DNA of 58,834 nt, filler included, from Basidioascus undulatus (Eukaryota): assembly GCA_000826855.1 (NCBI GenBank). It is 4 parts of 4 records of this genome, joined end to end, with 100 filler letters (N's around TTAATTAATTAA, not from the genome) between each part and the next. Parts side by side here need not be neighbours in the genome. Positions count along the whole stretch, not along the records: positions 1 to 14,648 come from JTLS01000706.1; 3 more parts are not named here. One strand, 5' to 3'. This document shows positions 1 to 13,800 of the stretch, piece after piece (positions within the stretch are counted from its first letter, which is position 1; every line of letters starts with the position of its first letter). Under the pieces are notes generated by a model. That model was not told where the DNA came from and ran no database searches. It saw only the letters and a program-made list of their open reading frames with translations. Made by a program: the position numbers and the translations under genes.

Positions 1-42
1 GCGGACGAAGACACCCAGACAGACGACACCGAGGGGACACGC

Positions 43-887
43 TTATGCGGTGGCCTTCCTGTAAAGCGGTTGGGGGAAGGAGGTCAGGTGGGTTAGGGGA
101 GGGGGAACGTTGTGGGAGAGGATCAGCAGGGGAGAGGAAGAGAGCGTACTTGGCGACGATGCGGACGTTGTGGCGGCGCTGCTTCTTGAGCTGCATCACA
201 CGGAAGCTGGGGTGGGGAAGAAGACGAGTCAGTATTGCGCGGGGACAGAGAGCCACGGCGCCATGCTATCCAGTCCGCCTGCCCGCCACCTTTGCTCCTA
301 GTGCACCCCGCCCTTCTCCCCGGCCCCCCAGCGAGCGCAGACTCACCGCTCAAAGTCAGTGAGCTGCTTGCGCTTCTGGACGGCCGCGCGCTTCTTGGCC
401 CACGCGGTCTGGGCCCACTTGCTCGCGATCTCCTCCTTCTCGAAGAGCTTCTGGACGACGCCGGAGCCGGCGGCGCGGGGGAGGCCCTTGAGGACGAAGG
501 GGGTGAGGACGACCTTGCGGTAGGAGATCGCCTGGCGGGCGACGCCGGTCACGGGGCCGTCGATCACCGCCTGTTCCCCACCCAACGCAGTCCCAACATT
601 CCGAGAAAGAATCCGTCTGATTTTAAGCGGCTGCGGGTAGGGAGGAAGGGTAGGGCGATGAGGAGTGAAGACGCACCCGGTTGTGGTCGACAATCTCAGC
701 GATCACCGCGAGCTTGCCAGCGTCGGGGCCGACGTTGACAAGGACAACTGCGCCACACAATTCCACCCCGAATCAGCTCCTCAGCCACAAAGTCCCCAAG
801 TCCTCCAGACAGCCAGCCGGCGCGCGAAGACGCACCGCGGCCGACCTCGACGAAGCGCTTGAAGGTGGTCGTCTGGGTGGACTGCAT
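43..887 (-). CDS. RPL14: 60S ribosomal protein L14 (eL14), 5 exons
   Basis: Manual splicing gives [78 protein letters not shown]...[33 protein letters not shown]. The [19 protein letters not shown] and LTDFERF motifs are typical of eL14, and all introns are GT-AG. Confidence 0.97.
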
Positions 888-1879
888 GGCGGAAAGCGGC
901 GGGTGAGGAGAGGGTCAGTCCTGGAGGTATCCGGACAAGGTGGGTAGGGGGGGATTGTGTGTGCGAGAAGGCGAGGTCGGGCGGCAGGGGGTGCAGGTGC
1001 GAGAGGGCGAGCTCGCCGCTGAGGCCAGACCGGACTCGAGAAGTCCATCCGGCTCTCAACGGCGAATCCATCGATTTCGCCCGTTCGAACGCCCATTGGA
1101 CGGCCCGTTCGAGTTCGAGCAGCATAACGGCGTCGTGTCGGTGTGTAGATGTGTCGTTTGGAGGCGTAAACTGACCATCTTGATCGCTGAGAGCTTCGAG
1201 CCGGGTCGGATCTCGGAGAAGTTCGACACTCTCCTCCCTCGCTCCCTCTTCCCCTTTCGGCGATAAGTTTCGTTCAGAATTTGTACACCCGATTGGCTGG
1301 CAGTCTTCGCCTTCCTCATTTCAGCATTACGCCTTTTGCATGCATTCAAATTGAATATTATTCTTTGCGGAAGATAATAAACCTGCTTTTCGACAGCCTT
1401 TCTCCTCTCTGGAAAGAGTACGGTCAGAGTGTCGAGGGCTGTGTGTGGTTCGAAAGGCCAGGGAAGATCCGCGGTGTCAACCCGCGGTGTAGCACTTCAG
1501 CGCCTGCCGTGGTCTAGCGCGCTGGTCTCCTGCCCTCTCTCCCACGATCACGATCATGCACTTCCTTCGCTTTCTCCATTTTACGAGCTTCCCTATGTTC
1601 ACTGTCTGAACAGTTCAGCCTCCAGCTCGGAGCATTGCATCTGGGGTATCTGGGCAGCTTACGCGCGCGGAAGGAGTGGTGGATATGCACGACGGCCAGC
1701 ATGTGAAGGCGCGTCCGCTTCTATCTCCTGTGCACGCTCGAGGAGCACTGATCAAGCTTTTACGCGCCAGAACACTCATAGAAATCCTCAGCTCGCTTCA
1801 GCCGCCGTCACACAGCTTCTTTCGCTGCGTTTGTCCCCTCTAGAATACCTCCACCCGTCCGTCGTTCCTCCGGCCGGCA

Positions 1880-2040
1880 TTCTTCCTCTTCTCATTTCCC
1901 CTCTTTCCCCTCTTCTCCACGTTCTGCTCCATCCCTCCCACTCCCCTCATCTCCACTCCCTCTCACTTCCTCCCCTCCACTCTCTCCTCTCCACTCCCTC
2001 CCATTCCCCTCCTTCCCCTCCCTCCCGCTCCCCTCCTTTC
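1880..2040. repeat. C/T-rich low-complexity tract
   Basis: Near-pure pyrimidine run (ccctcccactcccctcatctccactccctctc...). The overlapping ORFs are compositional. Confidence 0.7.
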
Positions 2041-3540
2041 GCCGCGCCCAAATGATGACCCCCGAGAGGATAATCCCTAAGCCCGTCCCCTTCTCCGCAT
2101 TGTTCTATTCCATCAGCCCGCCCTACTGCCGCAGGTATACTCCATCGGAGGAACCGCCCGGGCAAGGCTAGGGAACGTTGGACGAGACGGGGACGAGGCT
2201 GATGGGGAGTGCCTGGTATGGCCACCTGTGAAGAACGGAGATCTGACGGGCTTTTTTTATTGGTTGCTTTTGAGTTTGCCTTGGGTCGAGCGGGGTGTGC
2301 ATTTATGGGTTTGGCTAAAAAGCGGAAAGCGTATGGGCGGTCATCGATAGGGCTTGTCTGTGGGCTCAGAAGGAGTTGAACTGGCTGGCTTCGCAAGGAG
2401 CTTGATTGGATCCCCCGGATGCGTAAAATCTTTCTGTAATTGATGCTTTGTCAACTTCGACGAAAAGACGATGCTTGTGATCAACACCGTCGCGCTTCTG
2501 GCGCAGTTTGCAGTGATACGCACCACTTAGGTGCTCCCTTGTACTGCGCACCACACGCGCTCGATATGACTGGGATTTTCCTTCGGTGAAAGCAGTTTTG
2601 CACTGCCACCCAAAAAAGCTGGTTGTTGCGAGCGTGCACGTTTTTCATGCATATCTCACAGGCGACCGTCGCGCCTTCTCACCCGATCGCCCTGCGGATC
2701 ACCTCTCGCATGATAACTTGCCCTGGTGTGTTTAGGCGCTTATAATACTAGGTAAAAACACAAGGCTGATGGGTTGTCCATGACGTTGCAAGCAGACGAC
2801 CCAACCAGCAACCTCTCTAGCCTGCGGCCATCTGTGCATGTCAGACCCTCGAATTGAGATAAGGAGCTGAAAGGTTGCAGGCCGGGTGAAATAATTTAAC
2901 TACGTCACCGATATGATTCGGCCAAAACGCTTTGATCAGGCTGTCTTGAGGCATGGCTCACGTTTGCTGATCCACTCGCTCTAGCACGTTTCGCACGTCT
3001 GTTCCCCGGTCTCTCATCGTCAATACCGGTAGTGCTTCTAGAACTGAAAAGGAACAGCCACATATTTGAAAATCGAAGTCCGTTCACTTCAAATGAGAGA
3101 ACGTTGGGCGGAGTGGCAGACACTGGCTAGGGGCGGTTAGCTGTAAAGCGACATCGGAGGCTGGCCGACATGATTCTCAGCGCGTGCAATTGATTGGAAG
3201 GCCTCCCCCCTTATCACTCTTGCCATTGGGATCCTCGATCAGGGACGGCCTTGAGTACTAGGCCATGCTGCTGTTCCAAACCCGCTCACTGTTGAGAACT
3301 TGAGACCAACAGACCGTCAAAATGTTGGACGTGAAATCCTTACCGTATTGAGCAGTCGCGACCATTTCAGCAACATGCATCTGTTCTATTTGGCGCTCGG
3401 AGCAGAGTTAGCGGGCCTGCCGCCTGCACTGCATAGCGCACAGCTTGTCCTATCCACGTCATCGCCGCCGTCGACGTCGTTCACAGCTGCCCCTTACTAT
3501 TTTACTACGCACTCCTAACATCCACCCGCAAACATCCAAA

Positions 3541-4818
3541 ATGTCTGCCGCACAGGAGACCGTTACGCTTCCGCCCGAACTCCGGACTCGCATCTTCAAG
3601 TTCGCCGCCGCCCACTGCACGACCGGCCCAGCGTCGAGCCGATCGGGGCGCTCATGCTCGTATCGAAGTCGTGGAACGTGGGTAGAGCCCACAATTAATC
3701 ATATCTCCACTATAAATTGAGTTCGACCTTTCAGGCCCTCGCGACCCTGCTGCTGATCCGCCACGTCCACATCGATCCCGCTCGCGACCTTGCTCGGTTC
3801 GCGACCTTTCTCGAGGCTCAAAAGAAGGCTGGCCACCATACCTGCGTCATGAGCCTTTCGATCGGACCTTTAGAAACATTCTGGACTTCATCGATGCTCG
3901 TCTTCCTGACACGGCAACGCTCACCGGCGTGGTCGCTCTGATAAACCGCGTCGACGTGGTGGACATACGGGATGCGCCTCTGACTGTGGTACTCAGTCCG
4001 TCCATTGCGACTACCGCGCGCGTTGTGCTCACACATCCTAGTGACGATCTGAATTCGAGCTTATCTTTCTTCTCGACATTCGGGCGTTTTGAGAGCTTGA
4101 AGGTTATCTTGGGTTCGTCGTCGCCTTCGAGCGGTGCCCAGCTTCAGACGGTCAGCTCGCAGTCTCTTGTGTCACTCTCCATCGCCGGACGCAGCGCGTA
4201 CTCCACTATCAACGTTTCGATTGCGGACACTCTCGCTACCGCTTCGCTGCCTGCTCTGCGCAACCTGAAGCTAGAGGTGCCCGCCGATTGCCTGGACGTG
4301 GCGCATGCTTTGCAGAATACCGGAGGTGGCCTCCGGAGCTTATACCTTGATGGAGTGCTGCTGCCTGCGGACCTTGCGCATTGCTGCCCTTTGCTGCAGC
4401 ACATACGGCCGACCGCCGTTGACTTGCTCGAACCCTCGTTGGCCTTGAGTGGCCTGTCGCATCCGCAGTTGTTGTCGCTCTCGCTCGATGCACTTGGCGC
4501 GGCGACAACGTGAACAAGGACAACTTGAGGGCTTGAAAAAGCTGATGCAGACCCTCGACTTTGACGCATTTCCAAAGCTGCGTGCAGTTTCGTTCGGGGA
4601 GAGTTTGCCACCCCTCCAGCGACGTCGGTTCGAACCGGCGCAACGGGAGTGCGCACTCTGCGATGGAGCATTTGTCGTTGTATTTCGAAGAGCACCGCCG
4701 GCATGTGCCGGATAAGCAATCCAAGGCCGTTTCCAAGTTCGCGAACGATTGGAATGTGAAGCTTGCGAAGCATGTGGTCCGTCTTACAGAGGGGAAGGGC
4801 CGGGCTCCGCATGTGTAG
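3541..4818 (+). pseudogene. F-box/LRR-like protein pseudogene with several frameshifts
   Basis: F-box start LPPELRTRIFKFA. Its expected continuation LMLVSKSWN lies in another frame before intron 3678-3734, followed by ALATLLLIRHVHI. The LRR-like body (LPALRNLKLE, LRSLYLDG, FPKLRAVSF) is split over ORFs 3717-3941, 3929-4513, 4449-4715 and 4561-4818 with no introns between them. Confidence 0.75.
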
Positions 4819-4924
4819 AGTATAGCTGGCATGCTCAGGCTGTTGCCCATGGACAAGCTTCAAGATGATCCTGTCCTTTCTGCGCTGCTTTCCCTTTCCC
4901 AACCATCATCGCCTTCCAGACAGC

Positions 4925-6277
4925 ATGTCCACGCTCGAAGCTTGTCCCGACGACGTGCTCCGCCTGATCCGTGACGCGCTGCCAATCTCCGACGCGCGAA
5001 CGCACCTCGCCCTCGCCGGCACCTCGCGGCGGCTGCGCGCGCTCTTCGCGGAGGATGAGCCCTTCTGGCGTCTCGTCTGCCTAAGCGTCCTGGTCGTCCG
5101 CCCCGCTTTGCTGCCTGCTCCCTCCTCTCACCAGTCCTGGCAGAAGTGCGCTTCGCGGTGGGCCAATCATGGGCTGATATGCAAGCTCTGCGAGGAGGTC
5201 GCAAAGACGGGGTACTATCTGGACGACTTCGAGCAGGAGATGATTCTGGGGAAACTCGAGAGTGAGTCATCATACTGGGTTCGGTTCCCATTCACTCAGC
5301 CAAGGGTATCTAAAGCTGAGAGGAGTATGCGTTTTCTCACTCTTCGCAGAGGCTGTCCCCGCGGCCCCATCGACTCGTCCCTCGTTCATCTCGCGCATCT
5401 TTACCCCCTCCAACATCTCCACCACCAATACTCAACTTCGTGTGAACGGCATTCTGGCCGACCTCCGTATCGGCGGCTGGGATATCAGCCGCGCCGCGAT
5501 ACACTACGGTCCGCCGTCGGATGACGAGGACGCGTACGACGAGTGGAGCGACGACTTCGAACCCCTCGGCGCTGACGACTCGGGCTTCCCGAGCATCAGC
5601 CAGATGGTTGCGCGGGCTGATAGGAAGAGGGACGAGTGGCTGATGAACGGCGGGGACGAGGAGGACGAGTACTGGCCCTTGGCAGAACACCCCATGGTCT
5701 CATTGTCCACGGCGACGTTCCCGCCTGTGAACGAGGTCATTCTCCGAGGTGAGCGGCCACTTTATTCACCTCGCTTCGAATGGCCATGTGTGGTGGCTGA
5801 CGCAGGCGGAAAGGAAGTCGGGTACATGTGGACTAAGGTGTCAAACCCAGAAGGTGTCACTGTGCTCGACGTCCTGCTCTCGCTGCAGGTCCTGTACGCA
5901 TCCGCTCCCGGTCTCTTTTTCCCGTCGCCTGGTGACTTGAAATGCTGGAACAATGTACCTTGGGGGTTTCAGGGTGAATCGAACGGTCAAGAAGCCCGAA
6001 GAGGTCGAGGTGATGCGGCGCGCCGGCTACCTGCATCCCGTACCCGTGGGCGAGAACCGTCGCATGCTCCTAGCATACTGGTACGCAGCTATCCGTCTTT
6101 TCCATCTCTGTCTCCCTCTATATTTGGTTCTCATAACCCCGCTCTAGCAAATACGAGGGCTTTAAGCAGCCGGAGCGGGGCACTGTCAACCTCCGATTGT
6201 CGGGCCTGAGCGCCATGGGCGAGTGCTCGCCGGAGGACTACCTGATCGCTAACAAGATAATGGATCATCAGCCGTAG
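4925..6277 (+). CDS. F-box-like domain protein, 4 exons
   Basis: N-terminus MSTLEACPDDVLRLIRDALP...LALAGTSRRLRAL..FWRLVC is F-box-like. GT-AG introns at about 5262-5349, 5894-5972 and 6081-6147 keep the frame open to TAG at 6275-6277. Confidence 0.75.
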
Positions 6278-6743
6278 AGCTTCCGGAGGGTGGGATACAG
6301 AATACATGTGCGGTTGCATATGTGAGGGCGGATCGCGCTGTCAGGATGCCGCATTATCGTTGAGGAGTTCCTGTTAATGCGTAAACAATCCTACTGACAT
6401 GAATATTCGATCGATTTATTTTTACTTCTTTGGATTATCTTCATGGCTGGACATGTCCAGCCTGCCGGGCTCGCAAGGCGCGTTGCGCCCATACGACCTC
6501 AAACTCTTCGTCGGCGCCCTCTCCAAAACACCACATCACAAACCGCACTGTGAGGCCCGCATTCTTTGCCGTCCAGTCGAAACACTCTGCAAATCAGCCA
6601 CCCTTGCGAATTTTCTGTTGCGGTATTGCCAGCCCTCGGACGGGACACAGTCGGCACGTTCTTGCGAGATAACAACAGAATGGTCTATCCGGATAGACGT
6701 CGAGGCGATAATGTGAAAGTAAAATAAGGATAATAAGAAATGT

Positions 6744-9700
6744 TCAAAGGGTGCCGATCAGCAACAACTCCGACATCACGTCGTCCTCCTGCTCATCCCT
6801 CCATCGCCGCGCCCCCGCGCTCTCGCCAATCCTGTGCACGACGTCCTCCCAGAACCGCGCCTCCGCAGACTCCATTTTCCCCTCCTCCGCTTCGATAGCT
6901 GTGTTTGCCGCCGGGTGAGCAAGACGGTTTGAAATGAGAACATGAGACGAGGCAGGACGCACTCCTGAGAAAGTAGGAGATCTCGACGAGCTGGATGGTG
7001 GTTTGGTCACGAAGGGCGCGGATCTGCAATGATCAGAACGGGTATGGTGTGAGACTCAGAAGTGGCGGCGTCGAACACAGAGAAGGGTGACAACGTACAG
7101 TCTTGTCGATCGCCTGCCTCGCAGAGACCTTCGTCGCGGAGTCGATTTCCGAACCAGTAGCACAGAACCTGCCCGCCAAGCCGCCTCGTCAGTTTGACAC
7201 TCCACAGAAATCGAAATACACACACGCAGAAATGTCAACTCACCATCGAGCCCTCAGCGCCGAGCACACACCCTCGACGCCCCTCTCCCTGCCCTCCCAC
7301 CATCCGTCCCTCTCCTCGCACTCCGTGCTCTCGTCCCTCTCCCGCCCCTCCGCGATCCACCCCCACCCCGCGTCCCGCGCAGCCCAGTACGTGTGCGCCT
7401 CAGCGCGCGCACCGAGGTGCGAGGAGCCTTCGCGCGCCTGTGCGAGGCACAGCCTGGAGAGGCGGTTGTTGAGCGCTGCGCGCACGGCGGAGAGCTCGGT
7501 GTGCGAGAGGGTCGTGGAGATGAAAGAGGAGGTGAGGAGGGTCAGAGCATCCTCGGCGGCCGCTACGGCGGCGGAGAGAAGGTGCGCGATCCGCTTATCC
7601 CGCTTCGGCACGGGCGAGTCTTGCTCGGCGCTTGTGGTGGTCCAGGGCATCCTGGGCATGGACGCCGCGCGCCGAAAGCGTGCGCGAGAGGAGGCGAAGA
7701 AGCTTGGCTGAGTAATCGAAGGCTTGAGCTCTGACGCGCCGACGCCGTCGTCTGCTTCGTCGGACTCGTCGACCTCCTCGAGCGGGAAGATTGTGCCCAC
7801 GCTCGGTTTGCGGATGTGCGGCAGTACGGAGGTCGGCAGGGGGAGCGAGGGAGAAGGGAGGTCGGACGCGGCGGAGAGCGCGAGGGAGCTCGAGTGCGGG
7901 GTGGGGGACGTGAACGTGAACTCGAAGACGGGGTCCATGGTCCCGACGCTGCCGCGGGAGGAGTCCGGCGGGGTAGGCGGGCAGGTGACGGTGAAGTTGT
8001 AGTCCGTTCCCTCGCCACTGTCTCTCTTGCCCGCCTCGCCTGGCCAAGAGGTGGTGCCGGGCGTGAGTGGTGGCGTGAGGAGCCCGCCAGGACCGGGGTC
8101 GGTGCTGCTTCGCTGAGGGATGAGGCGCGCGAGAGACAGCCGGCGTGGAGAGGCGAGGCCGAGCTGCGCCTTGTGCGAGGGACCGAGGGAGATCGTGGCG
8201 GAGCCGTCCGCGGCGCGCTGCTGACGACGCGCGATGAAGGACGCCTCAGACGCGGCGCGCCGGTGGGCGGGGAGATCCAACAGGATCGAGCTGCGGCGAG
8301 AAGCGGAAGGCGGGGAGTGTGAGGGAGAGGTGGAGGACCGGCGGCGGTGGGAGGGGGCGAATGTCGACGGTGCGAGGAGGGGTGAAGGGAGTGGGGAGGA
8401 AGGGGAAGAGGATGTGGGGGTAGCGCCGGTGGTGGTGAGGACGGGAGTGGTGGACCGCGAGCGGCGATGCTTCGGCCTGAATGTCGAGGGCGCGCGGAGC
8501 GGCGACGCGGGCCCAAAGAGGTCTGCCGCGGACGCCTGCGCGCTCTTCTCCTTCGCGCGTTGCACGTCCCGCCGCAGGAGGTGAGCGAGCGACGCCTGGC
8601 CTTCGGCGAGCTGGAACAGCGCCGCGACAGTGCGGTCGTGCCTCCCCGTCTGTCCATCCGCGCCCGTCTGTGCCGCAACTGTCTTCTCGAGCTCCACCAC
8701 ATTCTCGAGCTCCTCCACAGCGTGCTCGACCTCCTTCTCCGCAAGCGGCGCGCCGAGCGTGAATAGCCGCTGCACGCGCTGCAGCGCCGTGCTCGCAGAC
8801 GCGATGTGAATGGCGAGCTCGCGCGTTACGGACGGCGCGTACGGGTAGAGAAGGTAGGTGCGCTCGAGCGCGTCCCGCGCGATATCGTACTGGTTCGAGG
8901 CCATCTCGAGGTCAGGCGCGATACCGCCCAGCGCGCACGCTGCATCCACGAGCGCGAGGAGTGTGTCGATGAGGTCCTCCGCAGGCGCGCGGTCCACGTC
9001 CTGCTGCTCCGCGACGGCTTCCAAGAGGCTGATCGCCTCTCGCATGGCGTCGCCAGGCCCCGCCAGCCACGCCTCCGTGCCTGGCGGAAGGACAGCGAGC
9101 ATGTGCGCGGCGAGAACCGTGAGTGCCCGCGCAAGGCTCATACCTGCCGCTGTGAGGTGATGAGGCGCGACAGAGGGCGGGAGGGGCGGGAGGAGGGCGC
9201 GTCGGTAGGCGAGGACGGCTTGCTCGAGCGCGGCGATGGCTGAGCGGTGAGAGTAGAAGTGCGCCGCGAGCTTGACGAGAACTTGGGCGCTGAGGAGAGG
9301 GGGAACGGAGTGAGTTGAACATAGAAGGATACGGGGGAGCAGAGGATAGTCACGAACCGGTTGCAGGTCGCTGGGAAGTCGCCGCGCTTGAAGAAGGCAG
9401 CGCGGCGGTAGAGCTCGGCGGCGCGCTCGTAGTGGTGCTGGGCCTGTTGGAATCAATAGATGCGTCAGGATTCTCACTCCACTCAGCATCGGGGTAAAGT
9501 ACGTACCTTCGGACAAACCGGCAGGCTACCGGCCTTGCGCTCGTGTGCCATCCCGCCTGTCCCAACGTGCCCGCCTCGCGTCAGACCCTATGTCCACCCT
9601 CAACCCAGCCCCTGACTCCATTCAACGCCTTCAACTTACCGTCAAAGCACGGCTCGTAGTCGTCATAGTCGAGGCTCTGGCGCTTGCGGGCCTTGCGAGC

Positions 9701-9793
9701 TGCGGGAGACGCGTCTACGAGATCGAGCTCGTCGATCGAGATGGGGAGCGCGTCGTCGAGCGTGCACCGCCGCGCGAAGAGGGCGGTGGCCAT
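6744..9793 (-). CDS. Large hypothetical protein with N-terminal TPR-like helices and Ser/Pro-rich middle
   Basis: ATG at 9793, then short exons (AQHHYERAAELYRRAAFF...NRAQVLVKLA..AIAALEQAVLAYRRAL, TPR-like) joined to the 758-aa ORF 7240-9516. Further GT-AG-bounded exons run to TGA at 6744. 3' exon boundaries are approximate. Confidence 0.7.
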
Positions 9794-10889
9794 GTTGCGA
9801 CTGACTGGGGTGAGTGAGTGCGATGGAGGGAATGAAGAAAGACGGAAGACGAAGGGCGAAGTGGCAAAGGATGAACGAGGTGGTCGAGGGCAGGCACAGC
9901 GATAGCAGGGATCCTGCGATCGACTGGACTCGATCGTTCGAGCGTGCACGCGAATGCACGCCATCCATTGTTTTACGCTTCAGGAAATACAGCGCCGGTC
10001 CAGAAGGTTAGCGACAGCGTGCGATATTGTCCGACAGCCCAGCAAGTCGAAAGCGTCGCGCTCAGAGTCAAGTCGCGCCGGATTCGGAAAGGGCCAGCGT
10101 CGGAGGTCTGGGCGACCCGAAGTTACGGGAGACGGTGCCGACCAGTGTAAGGCTCAGAATGAAAAATTTCATCGAAGTTTCATCGCATGACCTTTGCCAT
10201 ATCCGTTCGCTGACTCAGGAAAAAGGACAGGTTTTGTGGGCAGGATCGACTTTCTGGTCGGGCGACTCAAAGTTGCGCTCCAAAGGACTTCGCAAAACCA
10301 ACGCTGCCATCTTAGGGAGCACCGGGAGGTTCTGGCTCTTTCTGCAGTCTGCGTGGTCACGTACTTCTCTGTGGGAAGCATACTACTTCTACATATCCAC
10401 GTTGTACCCTAAGTTTGAATGGATGCCAGCGGCCCAGGATGTAGAGGAAGGGACAAGGCGGTGCTTCAGAGGACGTCCAGCAATCCATCCGTGAAAAGGC
10501 TCAACGGCGTATACAGATTGGGCGTCGACTTGGACATACAGCCCCGCCGTTTGTTGTTCCTCGGTGTTCCCATCGAAGCACGCTGGGCACGTTATACGTC
10601 GCCAAGTGTTGTAACAATCTCGCCTGAGCCATTCCTTTTGCAGCTGTACCGACGAACAATCGCTTCAATGATCGGCCTCCTGCCAAACAGGGATATTATA
10701 GACAATCAGTGATCTTGTTTCACATATGAATAAATGCCTAATTCGGTGTTTTTATCCAAGGCATGAGCGCTCCTGCTAATTGATTGGCGAGACGGAAGCG
10801 GGAAGACGCACGTGACCGAACCTGCACAGGGCGGGGGCTCTCCCTCCCCGACTGCGCACCCTCCTCCCATCACCACCGCTTGCTTAACC

Positions 10890-13800
10890 ATGGATTTTCG
10901 AGCACAAAAACGGTCTTCAGTCACATACCGGCGCCGGTCCACGAAGCTGTCCCCCTCCCCGGCGAAGGGCGCATCGCCCGCGACGTCGCGCGATCCAAGC
11001 CCTCTGAAGCGGACGCTGTCCGCGAGAGATCATTCGGAGGATGAGGGGAGCGTGGGGCTTGAGGAGGATGAGATTTTCAAACCTCCGAGACGGAGAAGGG
11101 GAACGGAGAAAACGAACGGTAGTGCAGGGAGCGGGAAGGATGAAGAGCGAGGTGCGTCGGGACTCTCGCAAGGCATGAGCGCTGAGGGTGTGCTGATCTT
11201 GATCTTGGCCTGATCCTAGAAGATGAAGCTATGCTCGACCTCACACCTTCTAAGACCGCTACACATCGAGCATCCCCCAACACGCGTGCGAAAGCATCCA
11301 CCCAAAGTAAGCGCGGTGTCTCCCAGGAAGCTCCCACCGCGGTGACTGACTTGCGCCCTACTCAATTCCCAGCACCCGCCTCTGCAACCCCATCCCCCGC
11401 CCCTTCTGCCCGTCAAACCCGAAGCGGGAGAACCACTCCTCTCGCGTCCGCTCCTTCTTCCAAAGGCAAAGGCAAGGCGAAAGCCGTTCCGCCGCCGCCC
11501 CGTTGTAGGTGACTTTGGGCCGCGCTCTTCCGAGTCCTCACACTGAGCTAAGACTCTTCACTCAGCGCCTTCGCCTCTTCCGACACCCCCTCCGAAACGC
11601 GCCCGAAAGGCGACTCCTGCTGCAGAAGAAGCTCCCTCAATATCTGTTCAGAAGGCGACCTCTCCGCCCGCCGCACCATCCACCCCGCCCCGCGCTTCCT
11701 CCACTCCCCCGCGCAACCCCTCGCCCGCGTCTCCCTCGCGCCGCCAGCGCGTCGTCAAGCGCATGCTTTCTCGCACCACCTCCTTACCCTCCGCCTCGTC
11801 CCTCTCGTCCGCGAAGGCCTTCTCGTCATTCGTCTCCCCTCAGCCAACACCCACCAGCTCGCCGCAACGATGCGACTCGACTCCTCCAGCCCCAGTATCA
11901 TCTCCTCGTAGACCACCGCCGGTGCCTGTTTCAGCGCAGGCTCCAGCGGTGGCCGGGCCGAGCCAGCCGCTCAAGAGGACGTATGGCAAGAGTCGCTCAT
12001 TCGTGGTCGAGGTCGACCCGCTCTCGGCCCCTTTGCCGATAGAAGTTGCGATGCGGGAGTCGTACGAAGAGGTTCGAGCGAGATACGGAGTGGACAATTC
12101 AGACGAAGACGAGGACTCTGTGCGTCTCTTCCTTCTTGCAAACTTCCCGAGCCCCTGCTAACGCCTTCCGTCACGCTGCACAGACCATCGACTTGAAATC
12201 CCTCTCGGAGCTTCGTACCCTCGGCATGGACCGCCGCTTCTCGGACGAACTCGCGTACCTGCTCGAGGGGCTCACGTGCGACTCTGCCCCCGGCGTCAAG
12301 CGCGCCAGCGCACTCGACGTCGTGCGCAAGCTCACGGGCGCGGGGGGCACGGAGTGGAAGCGGAAACTGGGGGCGCTGGAAGACGGGGTGGAGCGAGTAT
12401 GGGGGGCGTTCCTGGATGCTGGAGTTGCGGAAGGGGACCCGGTGCGTCTTGATAGCGCTCTTGGTTCGTTTCCACCTGAACGGGACAGTCGGCTGAGACA
12501 AGGGTTCCCAGACGTTGGACGCCATCTTTGCCCTCTTCCTCGCCCTCCTCTGCACGACGCCCTCCCTTGCCGCACCTCTGCTCCGGCACGGCCCCACACC
12601 GCTCCCCGTGCTCGGGACGATCCTCGCTCGTCCAGGTTCGGACGCGCTCGCGGCCGTGGCCATCGGGAAGGCTCACGTTCCAGGCGTGAGCAAGCCCGAG
12701 AAGCGGATACTGGGCGAAGTGGCCAGTCTCGCGCGCGGCGCGGCTGAGCTGGGATGGTCTGAAGGTGGCACGGTTCGTCGTTTTGAGTGTCAACCAACTT
12801 CCTCTCCAAGCAATGGAAGCTCACCTCCCCGAACAGGTCTCCCTCCCCGGCCTGATCTCCCACGCCCTCTCCGCCATGTCGACGCTCCCGCCCAGCGCCT
12901 CCTTCTCCCCGCCCCTCCTCCTCAGCGCCACCCCCGCCCTATCAAGCACCGCCTCCTGCCTCCTCCATGCGCTGTCCCCGCTGTCCGACCGCCTCGACCT
13001 GCACGCTAAAGGCCTGCCCCTCATCGACCCGCTCGACCCGCCCGACCTCGCCCACGCAGACAGATGTCTCCGTGTCCTCGAGGCGTGCACAACCGCGTGC
13101 GAAGACGCGCACGAGGTCCTCGAGCGCGAGCACATAGATTTGGCTGGGCCTATGGGCGCCTTGGTCAGGTTCGCGCACATCCTCGCTGCGGATGAGGATA
13201 GCAAGCTTGCGGGGGTTGGTACGTCTTTTCTCCATCGTTCACACCCGGACTTCTGACTGACTCGCGAGCGGCCCTGCAGCGATGGACTGCCTCATTGGTG
13301 TTCTTCGCGTGCTCATCAACCTCACGAACGCGAGCAAGATCTGGGGCGAGGCGGTCCTCCGTGCGCGTGGCACGCTCGAGGCACTCGTGCGCCTCATTGC
13401 GCTGTCTTCGACCGAGCCCGTCTGCTCGGATGCAGACGCGAACGAGCAAGACGCGACCGTCCCGGAGGACAAGAACAGCGTCCAGGCGCTGACGTTCGAT
13501 TTGCTCTGCTTGGCGCTCGCGCTGCTCTCCAACCTCGTCGAAGGCGTGGAAAGCGCTGCGGAAGCTGTCCGAGCAGCAGGTCTGTGCTTTCTGTTCCGCA
13601 TGCGACTCTCCGACGCTACGTGATACTAAATCGCCTCCTTGCCCGCGCAGAGATCGACCTCTCCCTCGCCCCTCGGTCCAAAGCGCCCCTTACACCTGCA
13701 CTCGACATCCTTACCTCGCTATACATCCGCCAATCGCAAACCGCCATCTCTTCTCCGTCCCCCGACGCGACGTTCCTGGCAGGGTACACCGCGCTTCTCC

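Noticed and set aside
7103..9243. Many Arg/Pro-rich overlapping ORFs
   Set aside because: Alternative-frame or antisense shadows of the large - strand gene.
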